NCBI GenBank assembly: GCA_030390025.1
Contig: CM059430.1
Coordinates: 61,876,001 to 61,940,000 of the forward strand
DNA: 64,000 nt
Direction: 5' to 3'
Origin: Squalus acanthias
Taxonomy: Eukaryota
Part shown: positions 51,100 through 64,000 of the stretch, in pieces
Layout: the number at the start of each line of letters is the position of its first letter
Numbering within the stretch: the stretch's first letter is position 1
Made by a program: the position numbers and the translations under genes
The notes under the pieces: generated by a model
Databases searched by the model: none
What the model saw: the letters and a program-made list of their open reading frames with translations, nothing else
What the model was told of the DNA's origin: nothing

Positions 51100-54048
51100 C
51101 AGGGCTGCCGACAGTGCAGAAAAATATTAAACAGGCAAAGTTGAAGGCACTTTATCTAAATGCACGCAGCATTCGCAACAAGGTGGCTGAATTAATGGCA
51201 CTAATAGAGGTAAATGGGTATGATGTAATTGCCATTACAGAGACATGGCTACAGGGTAACCAAAGCTGCGAACTGAATGTTCCAGGGTACTCAACATTTA
51301 CAAAGGACAGACAAAAAGGAAAAGAAGGTGGCATAGCGCTGTTAATAAAGGATGAGATCGGTACGGTAGAGATAAAAGATCTTGCCTTGGTAGATCGTGT
51401 TGTAGAACTGGAATCAGTTTGGGTGGAGCTAAGAAACAACAAAGGGCGGAAAACATTGGTGGGAGTTGTGTATCGGCCACCGAACAGTAGTGGTAATGCA
51501 GGGCACAGTATCAATCAAGAGATTAGAAGTGCACGTAACAAGGGCAATATGGTAATCATGGGGGACTGTAATCCACATATTGACTGGGCAAATCAAATTA
51601 CCGCTAATGGTGTAGAGGACGAATTCTTGGAATGCATGAGATATGGTTTCCTGGATCAGGATGTGTAGGAACCAACCAGGGAACAGGCTATTCTGGATCT
51701 GGTACGGTGTAATGAGAAAGGGCTAATCAATAATCTTGTGGTAAAGGGGCCTTTAGGGACAAGTGACCATTATATGATTGAATTTTATATTAAGTTTGAG
51801 AGTGATGTAGTCCAATCTGAAACTAAGGTCTTCAGTCTAAACAGAGGAAACTACAAGGGTATGAGGGGCAAGTTGGTCATGGTAGATTGGGAGACTACAC
51901 TAAAAGGTATGAAGTTCGACATACAATGGCTAACATTCAAGGAAATAATGCATAATTTGCAGCAAACATATATTCCGATAGGGCATAAAAACCCAAAAGG
52001 AAAAGTGATCCAACCATGGTTAACAAAATAAATTAAAGCTAGTATTAAGTCAAAGGAGGAAGCTTATAAAGTTGCCAGAAAAAGCGGTCAGTCTGAGGAT
52101 TCGGATCTTTTTAGAATTCAGCAAAGGGGGACCAAGAAATTGAGAAAGAAAGGACAATGGAATATGAACACAAACTAGCGAAAAATATAAAAACGGATTG
52201 TAAAATCTTCTATAGCTTTGCGAAAAGGAAAAGCCTGGCGAACGTAAAAGTAGGTCCTTTACAGTCAGAGACGGGAGAATTTATAATGCGTAATGAGGAA
52301 ATGGCAGAGAAATTAAACAAATATTTGTTTCTGTCTTCACGGAGGAACACACAAAACAACTCCCAGAAATACGAGAAAAGCAATGATGTGGCGAGAATGA
52401 GGAACTTAAAGAAATTATTATTAGCAAAAAAACAGTTCTAGCAAAATTAATGGACTAAACGTCGATAAATCTCAATGACCGGATGACCTACATCCTAGGG
52501 TATTGAAAGAGGTGGCCATTGGGATAGTTGACGCATTGGTTGACATCTTCCAAAATTCTATAGGTTCTAGAAAAATTCCTGCAAATTGGAGGATAGCAAA
52601 TGTAAACTCGCTATTTATGAAAGGAGGGAGAGAGAATACGGGGAACTACAGACCTGTTAGCCTCACATCAGTATTTGGGAAAATGCTGGAATCCATTATA
52701 AAGGATGCAATAACTGGGCACTTAGAAACTAATAGTTAGATTGGGCAGAGTCAACATGGATTTATGAAAGGGAAGTCCTGTTTGACAAACCTATTGGAAT
52801 TATTTGAGGATGTAACTAGTGGTGTAGATAAAGGGGAACCGGTAGATGTGGTGTATTTAGATTTTCAGAAGGCCTTCGATAAGGACCCACACAAGAGGTT
52901 GGTGAACAAAATTAGGGCACATGGAATTGGGGGTAATATACTAGCATGGATTGAGAATTGGTTAACAGAGAGAAAACAAAGAGTAGGGATAAAATAGTCT
53001 TTTTCAGGATGGCAGACTGTGACTAGTGGGTTACTGCAGGGATCGGTGCTTGGGCCCCAGCTATTCACAATATATATCAATGATTTGGATGAGTGGACTG
53101 AATGTAACATTTCCAAATTTGCCTGATGACACAAAGCTCGGTGGCAGTGTCAGTTGCGAAGAGGATGTGAAGAGGCTTCAAGTGGATTTCGACAGGCTCA
53201 GTGAGTGGGCGAGAACATGGCAGATGGAATATAATGTAGATAAACGTGAAGTTATCCACTTTGGTAGAAAAAACAGAAAGGCAGAGTATTTTCTAAATGT
53301 TGAAAGATTGGGGAATGCAGATGCTCAAAGAGACCTGGGTGTCCTTGTACATGAGTCACTGAAAGTGAATGTGCAGGTGCAGCAAGCCAATTAGGAAGAC
53401 AAATGGTATGCTGGCCTTCATTACAAGATGATTTGAGTACAGGAGTAAAGAAGTCTTACTCCAATTATATAGGGCCTCGGTGAGACCACACCTGGAGTAC
53501 TGTGTACAATTTTTCTCTCCTTACCTAAGGAAGGATCTACTTGCCATAGAGGGAGTGCAACGAAGGTTCACGAGATTGATTCCTGGGATGGCGGGACTGT
53601 CACATGAGAAGAGATTGAGTAAACGAGGCCTGTATTCTCTTGAATTCAGAGGAATGAGAGGGGATTTCATTGAAGCATACAATATTATTACAGGGCTTGA
53701 TAGGTTGGATGCTGGGAGAATGTTTCCCTTGGCTGGGAATTCTAGAACCAGGGGCCCCAGCCTCAGGATAAAGGGTAGGCCATTCAGGACTGAGATGAGA
53801 AGACATTTCTTTACAAAGAGGGTGGTGAATCTTTGGAATTCTCTACCCCAAAGGGCTGTGGATGCTCAGTCATTGGGTATATTCAAAACAGAAGTCGATA
53901 GATTTCTGACTAGTAAGGGCATTAGGGATATGGCGATAAGGCCGGTGAATGAATTGAATTGAGGCAGAAGATCAGCCATGATCTCATTGAATGGCGGAGC
54001 AGGCTTGAAGGGCCGAATGGCCTACTACTCCTATTTCTTATGTTGTTA
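51100..54048 (+). mobile_element. CR1 LINE, nearly complete ORF2, degenerate
   Basis: YLNARSIRNK, IAITETWL, VYRPP, SDH, RT motifs, tail. Confidence 0.93.
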
Positions 54049-54850
54049 TGAGAGGAGGGAGAGAGGCGAAGGAGGAGAGGGGAGATGGGAGAGAGAAGCT
54101 GGGAGATGTGAAGGAGGAGCACAGAGAGGGTAGAGAGGAGCTCGGAGGCCGGGGAGCGATGAGCTCGGATTGGGAGAAGGGAGAGTGGAGCTTGGAGAGG
54201 GAAAGAGGAGCTCGAAGAGGGGAGAGTGCAGAGAGTAGCTCGGAGAGGGAGGAGAGGAGCTCTAGATGGGATAGGGGAGAGAGGAGCTCGGAGCTCGCAG
54301 AGGGATGAGAGAGGAGCTCGGAGATGGGAAGGGGGGAGTGGAGCTCATGGCGGAGGAGAAGGTCAGGAACTCGGGGAGGGGAAGGGTGATGGAGAATGTT
54401 AGGAATTCGGGGGGGGGAGAATGTCAGGAATTCGGCGGGGAGAAGGTCTAGTGCTCGGGAGGAGAGAGAAGGTCAGGAACTCGGGCAGAGAAGGTCAGGA
54501 GCTTGGGGGAAGGGGAGAAGTTCAGTAACTCGGGGTGCGGCGAAGGGCAGGAGCTTGGGGGAGGGGAGAAGGTCAGGAATACGGGGAGAAGGTCGGGAGC
54601 ACGGGGAACGAGAGAAGGTCAGAATCTCTGGGGTGATGGTCTAGAGCGAGGGTGAGGTGAGAAGTCAGGAGCTGGGGGGCTGGGGAAAAGGTCAGGATCC
54701 TGGGGGGAGAAGATCAGGAGCTCGGGTGAGGGGGGGGGGCGGTTTGTGGTCTGAGGTGTGGAGCTTGGTGCGGGGTGTGGTCATGAACTCCCAGGGGGTG
54801 GCGGCGGTTGCGGCGGTGGTTAGAGCATGGGGAGAACAGTGGGGATAGGG
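54049..54850 (+). repeat. Purine-rich degenerate tandem repeat (ggagctcgg / gaaggtcagga units); similar tract at 50810-50920
   Basis: Visible repeated units; very G/A-rich strand. Confidence 0.8.
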
Positions 54851-57155
54851 AAGAATGTGATCCAGGTCTAAAGCTGGGACTTGAGAGCAAAAAGGTGATC
54901 CAGATGGGAAGATGGATCACGTTCTCCCCCTCTATTAGACGTGGATCATGTTCTTCCAAACGGTAGAATTAGTGAAACCCCTCTTAACACGGAGCATGTG
55001 AATGGCTCCTCCCCAGTGTGAACTCACTGGTGTGTCAGAAGTTTGGAATCATACGAAGATACGACCAATGACGTACAGGTAAAGACCATCTTGGCCATCG
55101 AGCCTGTCCCTCACAATTGCGATACCTTGTGTATCACAAAATATACACCCTACCCCACCTGAAACCATGTGATCCCTGGGACAGGCAAAAAAAAATCAAG
55201 AAACCCAGTACAATTTGGGAAGAGAATCTGGGAAATTCCTCTCCGACCGATCTAGGTGATCGAAACGAGTGCAGGTGATCACTCTGGCCCTGAATTCCCT
55301 GCAGTACCTTGCTTCTGTAAGAGGTGATCTCCGCCCCAAACAGACCAAATCCAGCTCTCGCTTGAAGGAATTCAGCGAGACTGCATCCGCACATGAGACG
55401 CCATGAGAACCACCTCCTGACATCTAACCTAGATCTAGCCTTATACAACTTAGTTTTGTTGACCCCATGTCATGCCTAACCTATTTAATTGAAATAAACT
55501 GTCAACTGGAACAAAATCTATTCCCTTCGTTATCTTATAAACCTCAATCAGATCCCCCCCCCGCCAAGTCTACGATTCTCAAAGGTATAGAGTCCCAACT
55601 CTTTTAGCCTATCGTGATAACTAAAATGCTTTAGACTGGGAATTAGTCTAGTGGCCCTCCTCTGCACCCTTCCATAGCCTCAATTTCACCCACCATGTGA
55701 GGAGACCAAACATGGAAAGAGTATTGCAAGTGCGGCCTGACTAAGGTCTTGTACAAGGACAAAACAGTCTGCCTCGTCTTGTACTCAATTGTCCTATGGA
55801 TGCACCCCAACAACCTATTTGCTCTAGCTATGGCTATACGGCATTGCTCCTGTACCTTTAAAGATTTATGCACTGGAATGCCCAAATCTCTTTCTATCTC
55901 CACCATCTTTAATGTCTTTCCCTGAAGGGTGTATGTATGTTGAGCATTTGTACTGCCCACATGCAGAACACTGCACTTATCTAAGTTATACATCATTTTC
56001 CAGTCTTGAGCCCAATCTCCCAACACATTAAGATCTGCCTGAAGCAGATGAGTATCATCTACAGTTCTAACACTCGCACTGATTATGGTACCATCTGAAA
56101 AATTTCAGATTGTGCCCCCAACACCTACAGTCATATCATTAATAAAATAAGTAAAGAGAACGGTCCCAATACTGATCCCTGCGGGACGCCACTGGTGACC
56201 GGCCTCCAAAAAGGTCCAAATCCCTCTATAACTACCATTTTTTCTACGTCGTGCCAGCCAGTTCTGAATCCAGCTCAATATATTACCACTAATACCAGAG
56301 GTTTTGATCTTATAGAGAAGCCTCTTATGTGGTACCTTATAAAAAAGCCTTTTGGAAATCTGAGACGACAAAGTCTACTGGAATTCCCTCATCCACCAAC
56401 TTTGTAACTTCCTCGAAAAATAGAATTAGATTTGTAAGACATGACCTCCTTTTTATGAAGCCATGTTGGTTGTCCCTAATATGTGCCTCTCTATCCAAGT
56501 ATTCGTATATTACATCCCTAATAATTTCCTCATGCATCTTACCTATTACTGACGTTAAGCTAATGAGCCTATACTTACCCGGGTCTGTCTTGTCATCTTT
56601 TTTAAAGATGGGGACTACAGCAAGCTCCTTTCAGTCTATTGGAATCATTCCAAAGTTCAGTGAGCTATTAAAAATACAGTCTAGGGGCTCGCACCTATGC
56701 CCCATCTTCCTGAGGACCCTCGGGTGGATAACATCTGGCCCGGCTGCTCTATCTATTTTCAAGTTCTTAATTATTTCTAAAACAATACGTTCATCTATGT
56801 TAGTACTCGTTTTGTTAGTAACGTTACTAAATTTCAATAGTTGAGCATCAGTTTCAAGGTTGAAGACTGGCGCAAAGTGCTCATTTATTTTTTCCGCCAT
56901 ACCCAGTGAGTCCTTTGTAACCTTTCCTTGAACACCCTTCAGTGGCCCAATACAGTCTTTCATAGTTCTCTGACTCTTCACATAACTGAAAAAGCTTTTC
57001 CCATTACTGCCACAGTTGTCTACGATCCTTTTTTCCACTAGCCTTTTTGCTGATCTAACAGTAACCTTCGTTTTCTTCAGTTGTTCCTTGTAATCAACTC
57101 TGTTTAGTTGAGTATTGAGTGTCTTTAATTTAGAGAAACATTTGTTTACATCTTA

Positions 57156-58815
57156 TTTAAGAACATAAGAAATAGGAGCAGGAGTAGGCCAATCGGCCCC
57201 TCGAGCCTGCTCCGCCATTCAATAAGATCATGGCTGATCTGATCCTAACCTCAAATCTAAAGAACAGAAGAAGTAGCAGCAGGACCCGGTCACTCAGCCC
57301 CTGGGCCCGCTCCGCCATCCACAGGGCCCTGACCGATCCGAACTCAACCTCATGTCCAATTGCCTGCCCGCTCACCGTAACCCCTAATTCCCTTAACCTC
57401 TAGGAAACTATCTATTTCTGTTTTAAATTTATTTAATGATGTAGCTTCCACAGCTTCCTGGGGCAGCAAATTCCACAGACCTACTACCCTATGAGTGAAG
57501 AAGTTTATCCTCATCTCAGTTTTGAAAGAGCAGCCACTTATTCTAAGATTATGCCCCTAGTTCTAGTTTCACCCATCCTTGGGAACATCCTTACCGCATC
57601 CACCCAATCAAGCCCCTTCACAATCTTATATGTTTCAATAAGATCGCCTCTCATTCTTCTGAACTCCAATGAGTAGAGTCCCAATCTGCTCAACCTCTCC
57701 TCATATGTCCACCCCCTCATCCCCGGGATTAACCGAGTGAACCTTCTTTGTTTTATGCCTCGAGAGCAAGTATGTCTTTTCTTAAGTATGGACACCAAAA
57801 CTGGATGCAGTATTCCAGGTGCGGTCTCACTTATACCTTAAATAACTGCAGCAATACCTCCCTGTTTTTATAATCTATCCCCCTAGCAATAAAAGCCAAC
57901 ATTCCGTTGGCCTTCTTGATCGCCTGCTGCACCTGCATACTAACTTTTTGATTTTCTTGCACTTAGGACCCCCAGATCCCTTTGTACTGCAGTACTTTCC
58001 AGTTTCTCGCCATTAAGATAATAACTTGCTCTCTGAGTTTTCCTGCCAAGTGCATAACCTCACATTTTCCAATATTGTATTGCATCTGCCAAATCTCCAC
58101 CCATTCACCCAGCCTGTCTATATCCCCCTGTAGGTTTTTTATGTCCTCCTCACTTTCTACTTTCCCTCCCATCTTTGTATCATCTGCAAACTTTGATATG
58201 TTACACTCGGTCCCCTCCTCCAAATCGTTAATATAGATTGTAAAGAGTTGGGGACCCAGCACCGACCCCTGCGGAACACCACTGGCTACTGGTTGCCAGT
58301 CCGAGAATGAACCATTTGTCCCAACTCTCTGCTTCCTTTTAGATAACCAATCCTCCACCCATGCCAGAATATTACCCCCAATCCAGTGATTTTTTATCTT
58401 GAGCAATAATCTTTTGTGTGGCACCTTGTCGAATGCCTTCTGGAAGTCTAAATACACTAGGTCCACTGGTTCCCCTTTATCCACCCTGTACGTTATGTCC
58501 TCAAATAACTCAAGCAAATTTGTCAGACATGACTTCCCCTTCATAAAGCCATGCTGACATCATCCTATTAAATTATGTTTATCTATATGTTCCGTTCCTG
58601 TCTCCTTAATAATAGACTCCAAAATTTTACCCACCACAGATGTTAGGCTAACTGATTTATAATTTCCAGCCTTCTGCCTACTACCCTTTTTAAATAAGAG
58701 TGTTACATTAGCAGTTTTACAATCTGCCGGGACCTTTGCTGAGTCCAGGGAATTTTGGAAAATTATTACCAAAGCATGCACAATCCCTACTGCCACTTCA
58801 CTCAAGACCCTAGGA
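57156..58815 (-). mobile_element. Nested younger CR1
   Basis: ORF 57963..58544 with well-preserved RT motifs; own 3' tail. Confidence 0.92.
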
Positions 58816-59429
58816 TGTCTTTGTACATAACCAATCAGCCACCTTGGTTTTTCTTACAACATTTCCTTCTTTTGATTTTGGGTATATATTTTTTTTACAA
58901 CTTTTTTATCTTGTTCTTAAAAACTTTCCATGTGTATTCTACATCGGTCTCATCACCACCCAGGAGGGCTAGCCAATTTACCTGCTCCAAATCAACTGCC
59001 ATTTTGTTGAAGTTTGCACTTCTGAAATCTGGTACGAGTTGCAGGTCCTCATTACCTTGAGATCTACTAGCCAATTGGAACCGTATACTCTTGTGGTCAC
59101 TGTTGGCCAGATGTTACCCCACATGTTGGCCCGATACGAGGTCAGGCTCACTGCTAAACACAAGTTCCAATATGTGATTATCTCGCGTTACTTCATTAAT
59201 ATGTTGAGTCAGGAAACAGTCTTGTATATTTTCCACAAATTTTTCAACTGCACTTCCCTCCACAACAGCAGGTAAAGCATCGTACCAATGATTGTCAGGA
59301 AAATTAAAATAATCCATCAGACAAAAGTGCCATTTTATATTAAAAGCATTTTCAATCAGTTTCCATAAAAACTCATTATGTTCAGGTGTCTGACCCAGGG
59401 GAATATAAAAATTACTGATAAATAGTCCC

Positions 59430-61058
59430 TGCCCGTGAGCTTGGTATGCTTGAAGCCAGAGAGCCTGAGCTGTATGGCTGTAAATCCCATGCCCGGATGC
59501 AATGTATCCAGGCTGTTAAGTGAAGCAAAAGAGGAAAGAGCAGAGGCCCGGATCATCATTTTTCAATCCTCTCTGGCTTCAGGTTTGGTGCCGGAAGACT
59601 GGAGGACTGCTAATGTGGTACCCTTGTTTAAAAAGGGAGAAATGGATAGACCGAGTAATTACAGTCCAGTCAGCCGAATCTCGGTGGTGGGAAAATTATT
59701 GGAAATAATTCTGAAGGACAGGATAAATCTTCATTTAGAAAGACACGGACTAATCAAGGAGAGTCAATCGGATTTGTTAAGGGAAGGTCATATCTGACAA
59801 ACTTGATTGAATTTTTTGAGGATGTAACAAGGAGGGTAGATAAGGGTAGTGCGTTTGACGTAGTGTATTTGGACTTTATCAAGGCTTTTGATAAGGTTCC
59901 ACATGACAGACTGGTTACGAAGTTGAAAGCCCATGGGATCCAGGGTAAAGTGTCAAGATGGATTGAAAACTGGATCGGAGACAGGAAGCAGAGGCTAATG
60001 GTTGAAGGCTGTTTTTGTGATTGGAAGGCTGTTTCCCGTGGGGTTCCGCAAGGCTCAGTACTAGGTCCATGCTTTTTGTTGTTTATATTAATGATCTAGA
60101 CTTGAATATAGGGGGTATGCTTAAGAAGTTTGCAGATGATACTAAAATCGGCTGGGTGGTTGATACTGAAGAAGGAAGCTGTAGACTGCAGGAAGATATC
60201 AATAAATTGGTCAGGTGGGCAGAACAGTGGCAAATGGAATTCAATCCGGAGAAGTGTGAGGTAATGCATTTGGGGAGGGCTAAAAAGGAAAGGGAATACA
60301 CATTAAATGCTAGGACACTGAGTAGTGTAGAGGAACAACGGGACATTGGAGTGCATGTCCACAGATCCCCGAAAGGTAGCAGGCGAGGTATATAAGATGG
60401 TTAAGAAGGCATACTGAATGCTTGCCTTTATTAGCTGTGGCATAGAATACAAGAGTAGGGGGGTTATGCTTCAACTGTATAAAACACTAGTTAGGCCACA
60501 GCTAGAGTACTGCTTGCAGTTCTGGTCACCACATTACAGGAAATATATGATTGCTCTAGAGAGAGTACAGAGGAGATTTACAAAAATGTTGCCAGGAGTG
60601 GAGAATCTTAGCTGTGAGGAAAGAATGGATAGGTTGGGTCTGTTTTCCTTGGAAGAGAGGAGGCTGAGGGGAGACCTTACTGAGGTGTATAAAATTATGA
60701 GGGGCATAGATAAAGTGGACGGAAAGCACATATTTCCCTTAGCAGAGGGGTCAAAAACCAGGGGCACAGATTTAAAGTAATTGGTGGAAGGTTTAGAGGG
60801 GATTTGAGGGGAAGTTTCTTCACCTAGAGGGTTGTTGGTGTCTGGAACTCACTGCCTGAAAAGTTGGTAGATGCAGGAACCCTAACCACATTTAAAAAAG
60901 TACTTGGACGTGTACGTGGGATGCTCTACCTGCAGGGCTACGGATCAAGAGTTGGGGAGTGGGATTACGCTGGATAGCTCTTTGTTGGCTGGCGCGGACA
61001 CGATGGGCCGAAATGGCCTCATTCTGTGCTGTAGCTTTCTGCGATTCTATGATTCTAT
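59430..61058 (+). mobile_element. Nested CR1 in the opposite orientation
   Basis: ORFs between 59435 and 60780; attctatg-repeat tail. Confidence 0.92.
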
Positions 61059-61289
61059 ACTTGATGAGGCAATATCAAGTCTTTCTTTAGCTGAGATTCT
61101 CACAGATAAAAATAGTAACACCTCCTCCCCTTTGACCTATTCCTTACTTTGGGAAACCCTTGTTGCCCTTTAGGTGAATTTCTGTCCCGTCACTTTCATC
61201 TAGCCATGTCTAAGAAATACACAATATATCTAATTTCTCCAACACAGCATAGGATTGCAGTTCCAACAATTTTTTTCTAACATTTTGAT

Positions 61290-61455
61290 GCACACACACG
61301 AACCCCACACACATGGTCCCCACACATATGGACCCCACACAAATGGAACACACACACACATGGAGCCCCACAGACCCGGACGCCGCACACATGGATCCCA
61401 CTTACATGGACCCCTCATACATGGACTCTCCTCACACGGACCCCACACACAAGGA
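61290..61455 (+). repeat. Minisatellite, about 15-nt unit (atggaccccacacac)
   Basis: About 11 degenerate copies; periodic peptides in the ORF track. Confidence 0.85.
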
Positions 61456-62374
61456 ACCGTCATTCAGAAGTAAACAACTTTTATCACTTCCAGAGGGAAA
61501 AAAAAACCCATAAAACACCAAAAAATTAACTACGCACTTATTACATTATAAAGTCTTATATTTTACCAGCCAAGGACAACTATAAGTACAATTGCTGAAT
61601 ACTATTAACAGAGGATCTTCGCAAAGCTAACTATATCTCCACGTTCTGTAGTCTGGCAAGACTGGAGCAAGTTATTCATTGCAGGGTTGTTTACAGCAGG
61701 CAGGATAAAATTACACATTTCAGTCAAACTACCATGGGGAACAATCAGAAATATGGTCTTGTCCTCCAAAGAGGAACAATCAGAAATCTGGTGTTGCAAA
61801 TAAATGCTGCCTTGATTATTATCAGCCGAAACTCATTGGCTGGACCCTGTCTAGTTTTAACCAACCATTCTCTTACACAGAGTCTATGTCGTTGTTTGCC
61901 TGTAATTAGGTGTGACTTCCCTCTAGTCACTTGTCAAAGCATGCAATTGATAAGTTGATAACAGTTGACAAACTTATATCCATCGAAGGCCATCTAAAAG
62001 TTAATGAGGTATGGTACACATCCTAATTGGCAAAACCCTGTCTAGCTTCAGCCAGCTTACAGCTAACCAGGTTACCTAACAATTCCCCACCTTGAGGTTG
62101 CAAAACATAGTTCTGATTCTGCAACGCAAGGACCAGTCATCTCCACCCTCCCGCATAAGTGCAGCTCGCTCCAGATTATTCGCGTGTAATTTCACTATTT
62201 TGATGGACTGGTTGATATTTCAGCAATGACTGAACTTTGAGTGAAAGCACTGCCCCAGTGGCATGGAGGCCGTGCAAGCATCACTGTTATCCCCGTCCGT
62301 TCAACTGTGTAAGTGGCACACCCCATTGTTGTGGGAGGCATTCCACTGGCCATTGACTCCTAACCTTAGTAAAC

Positions 62375-62692
62375 TGTTAGCATTCAACCTCCTTTCTCCT
62401 CTGGTTCACAACAATAGTTTCGACTAAGCACGAGACTTTGTAGTGGTGTATATGGAACAGACTTTATTCATACACAGTAAAAGGTGATCGGCCTTTAACT
62501 GTATATAGAGAGTGACTTTTTCCCGGTTTCTGTAGCTTTCGAGCACAATTTGAGATACTGTTGAAAACCATGATCCTTTATATACCATCTTTTGACTACA
62601 TCAAAGGAAAATGTCAAAATGATGTATCTACTTTCCAAATCATTTGAAAACAGAATATCCATGTAAACAATTTGCAAATGTTTGCTTCAACA
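62375..62692 (-). mobile_element. Putative 3' LTR (318 bp) of an LTR retroelement extending beyond the window
   Basis: TGTT...AACA termini; purine tract AAGGGGAGTGG abuts the 5' TG; internal TATATA (about 62502-62507) followed by AATAAA (62463-62468). Confidence 0.65.
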
Positions 62693-62853
62693 CCACTCCC
62701 CTTAAAGAAGACTTCCTTTACCTACTGCTATCTTTAGCAAATGGACTCGCTACCCCTGTTTTATTAGCCGAAAACTAAAGCTACATTTTATTACCTACAC
62801 TTATTTCCGGACACAAACACTTTACATATCAGAAGACAAGTCAAGCTTTCTCC

Positions 62854-63261
62854 TCACAGCACTTCAAAGTCATCCTCTTTATATATTGGAAAGCCTATGA
62901 ATACAAGATACAATGAAGATCGACTATTAACCCTAAACTCCCCAAGATGTCCAAAATACATCTCTCCAGGATGTCCAACATAAACACGTGAAATAATCTC
63001 GTTGTGTTCCCAAAACCGGGGCCAATATATTTTCTCAATGTTCTTGTTGCCAGTCCTGTTTCTCCTACGGGGAATTCGTTGTGCACCTTTCTCTCTCATT
63101 TTCCCAGGTTTCATTATATCAGGGATGTGGTTATCATTAGACCATCCCCAAAAATATATACGCGGTGCCTCCACAAGGGTAGGGACCCGACCAATACATA
63201 AACATTGAATACAAACTCCCGAACCCTTCCGAGATCTAGTAAGACGTTGGTATGGTTTCAT
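62854..63261 (-). other. Unassigned 135-aa ORF upstream of the purine tract (possible retroelement accessory gene)
   Basis: Open ATG-initiated ORF; no pol, env or gag motif recognised. Confidence 0.3.
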
Positions 63262-64000
63262 TCAGTGCACAGTTTCCAAGCTTTCTGTCCCCAATATATA
63301 GTCCTGGTCGTGGTTGGTCCACTGTGTGTTGGTTCCTCTCTGAACTAAATCTCCAACGACCATGCTTGAGTCATTGGCTGTGGAAGCACTCCTGGTCAGA
63401 TATCAGTCCGAGGTGTAGATATCGTCCAAACTCCATTTCTCGTTTTAGTTCTGTAAACCAAGCATTGCATTTGTCATTATCTCAGTCTTAATATATGGAG
63501 ATCCCCTTTCAGAGCTCCCAAACGCTTCAAACAGATTTGCAATGCTTTCTGATTCTATAACTGACGCCATTGCTGCCAGACCTTGAGTGAACCACAAAAT
63601 CCATCTAACAGTACTCACAGTATAACAGGTCTTGCACCAGTATTGCCAGAAGCTCTCTAGTGTTTTGAGAATGCTTGGGCTCTCTCTCATTGCTCTCAGA
63701 CCACGAGACCCTGAAAATACAGCTACACCCCATCAGAATCCTTTTAAACCCTTATATTCCGAATTCTCACAGATTCCAGGACTACCTCAATGCTACTTAA
63801 TCATATTCCACTCTAAAGCTGCAAAACTTCCATTAGACACCTGTTCTTCGAGAATCTCTGAATCTATGAGCAACGCCACGGAGAGACCACTTGTGTTTAA
63901 TGAAATAGACATGGTGCCTTTCTTTGAAATAAAAAACACAATGCACTAGAGATAATAATTTATTTGATTAAAAACGGAACATTTTGTGTTTTGTTTTCAT

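Larger units (their letters stand above)
55050..61290 (-). mobile_element. Host CR1-type LINE split by two nested CR1 insertions
   Basis: Collinear pieces: 61060-61290 (endonuclease start, KLDILCIS), 58816-59430 (rest of endonuclease), 55050-57155 (RT and tail). Confidence 0.8.

Noticed and set aside
51114-53962. Active LINE or domesticated reverse transcriptase
   Set aside because: Multiple stops and frameshifts in every copy
54048-54959. Arg/Gly/Glu-rich ORFs
   Set aside because: Translations of a purine-rich low-complexity repeat
61230-61513. Periodic His/Gly/Pro or Cys/Val/Trp ORFs; CRISPR-like periodicity
   Set aside because: Simple minisatellite without unique spacers, in a eukaryotic context

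Overview
Vertebrate genomic DNA, very probably a cartilaginous fish (shark-type CR1 LINEs, a Deu-domain tRNA-SINE, Harbinger elements); species not determinable. Much of the window is decayed, often nested transposable elements. Among them, on the minus strand, are three head-to-tail paralogues of a spliced immunoglobulin-superfamily receptor that the ORF track only shows in fragments. I rebuilt the exons by hand from splice sites and phases: leader - germline-joined VJ-type V domain - C1-set domain - TM - short cytoplasmic exon - two tyrosine-motif exons. Copy A (ATG 2319) is a pseudogene (frameshift plus MITE in V; its 3' exons are not in the window). Copy B (ATG 21463) has a dead ectodomain but an intact tail with four ITIM/ITIM-like motifs. 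Copy C (ATG 49294) is open through L-V-C1-TM-cyt1 (predicted 289 aa) but has lost every ITIM through a frameshift, a stop and splice-site losses, and has an Arg at the outer end of its TM. This looks like a non-rearranging, antigen-receptor-like paired-receptor family undergoing birth-and-death, possibly with an inhibitory-to-activating conversion. Also present: a decayed autonomous Harbinger, a triple-nested CR1 complex and the 3' end of an LTR element with unassigned ORFs. Gene models come from sequence only; repeat boundaries are approximate.
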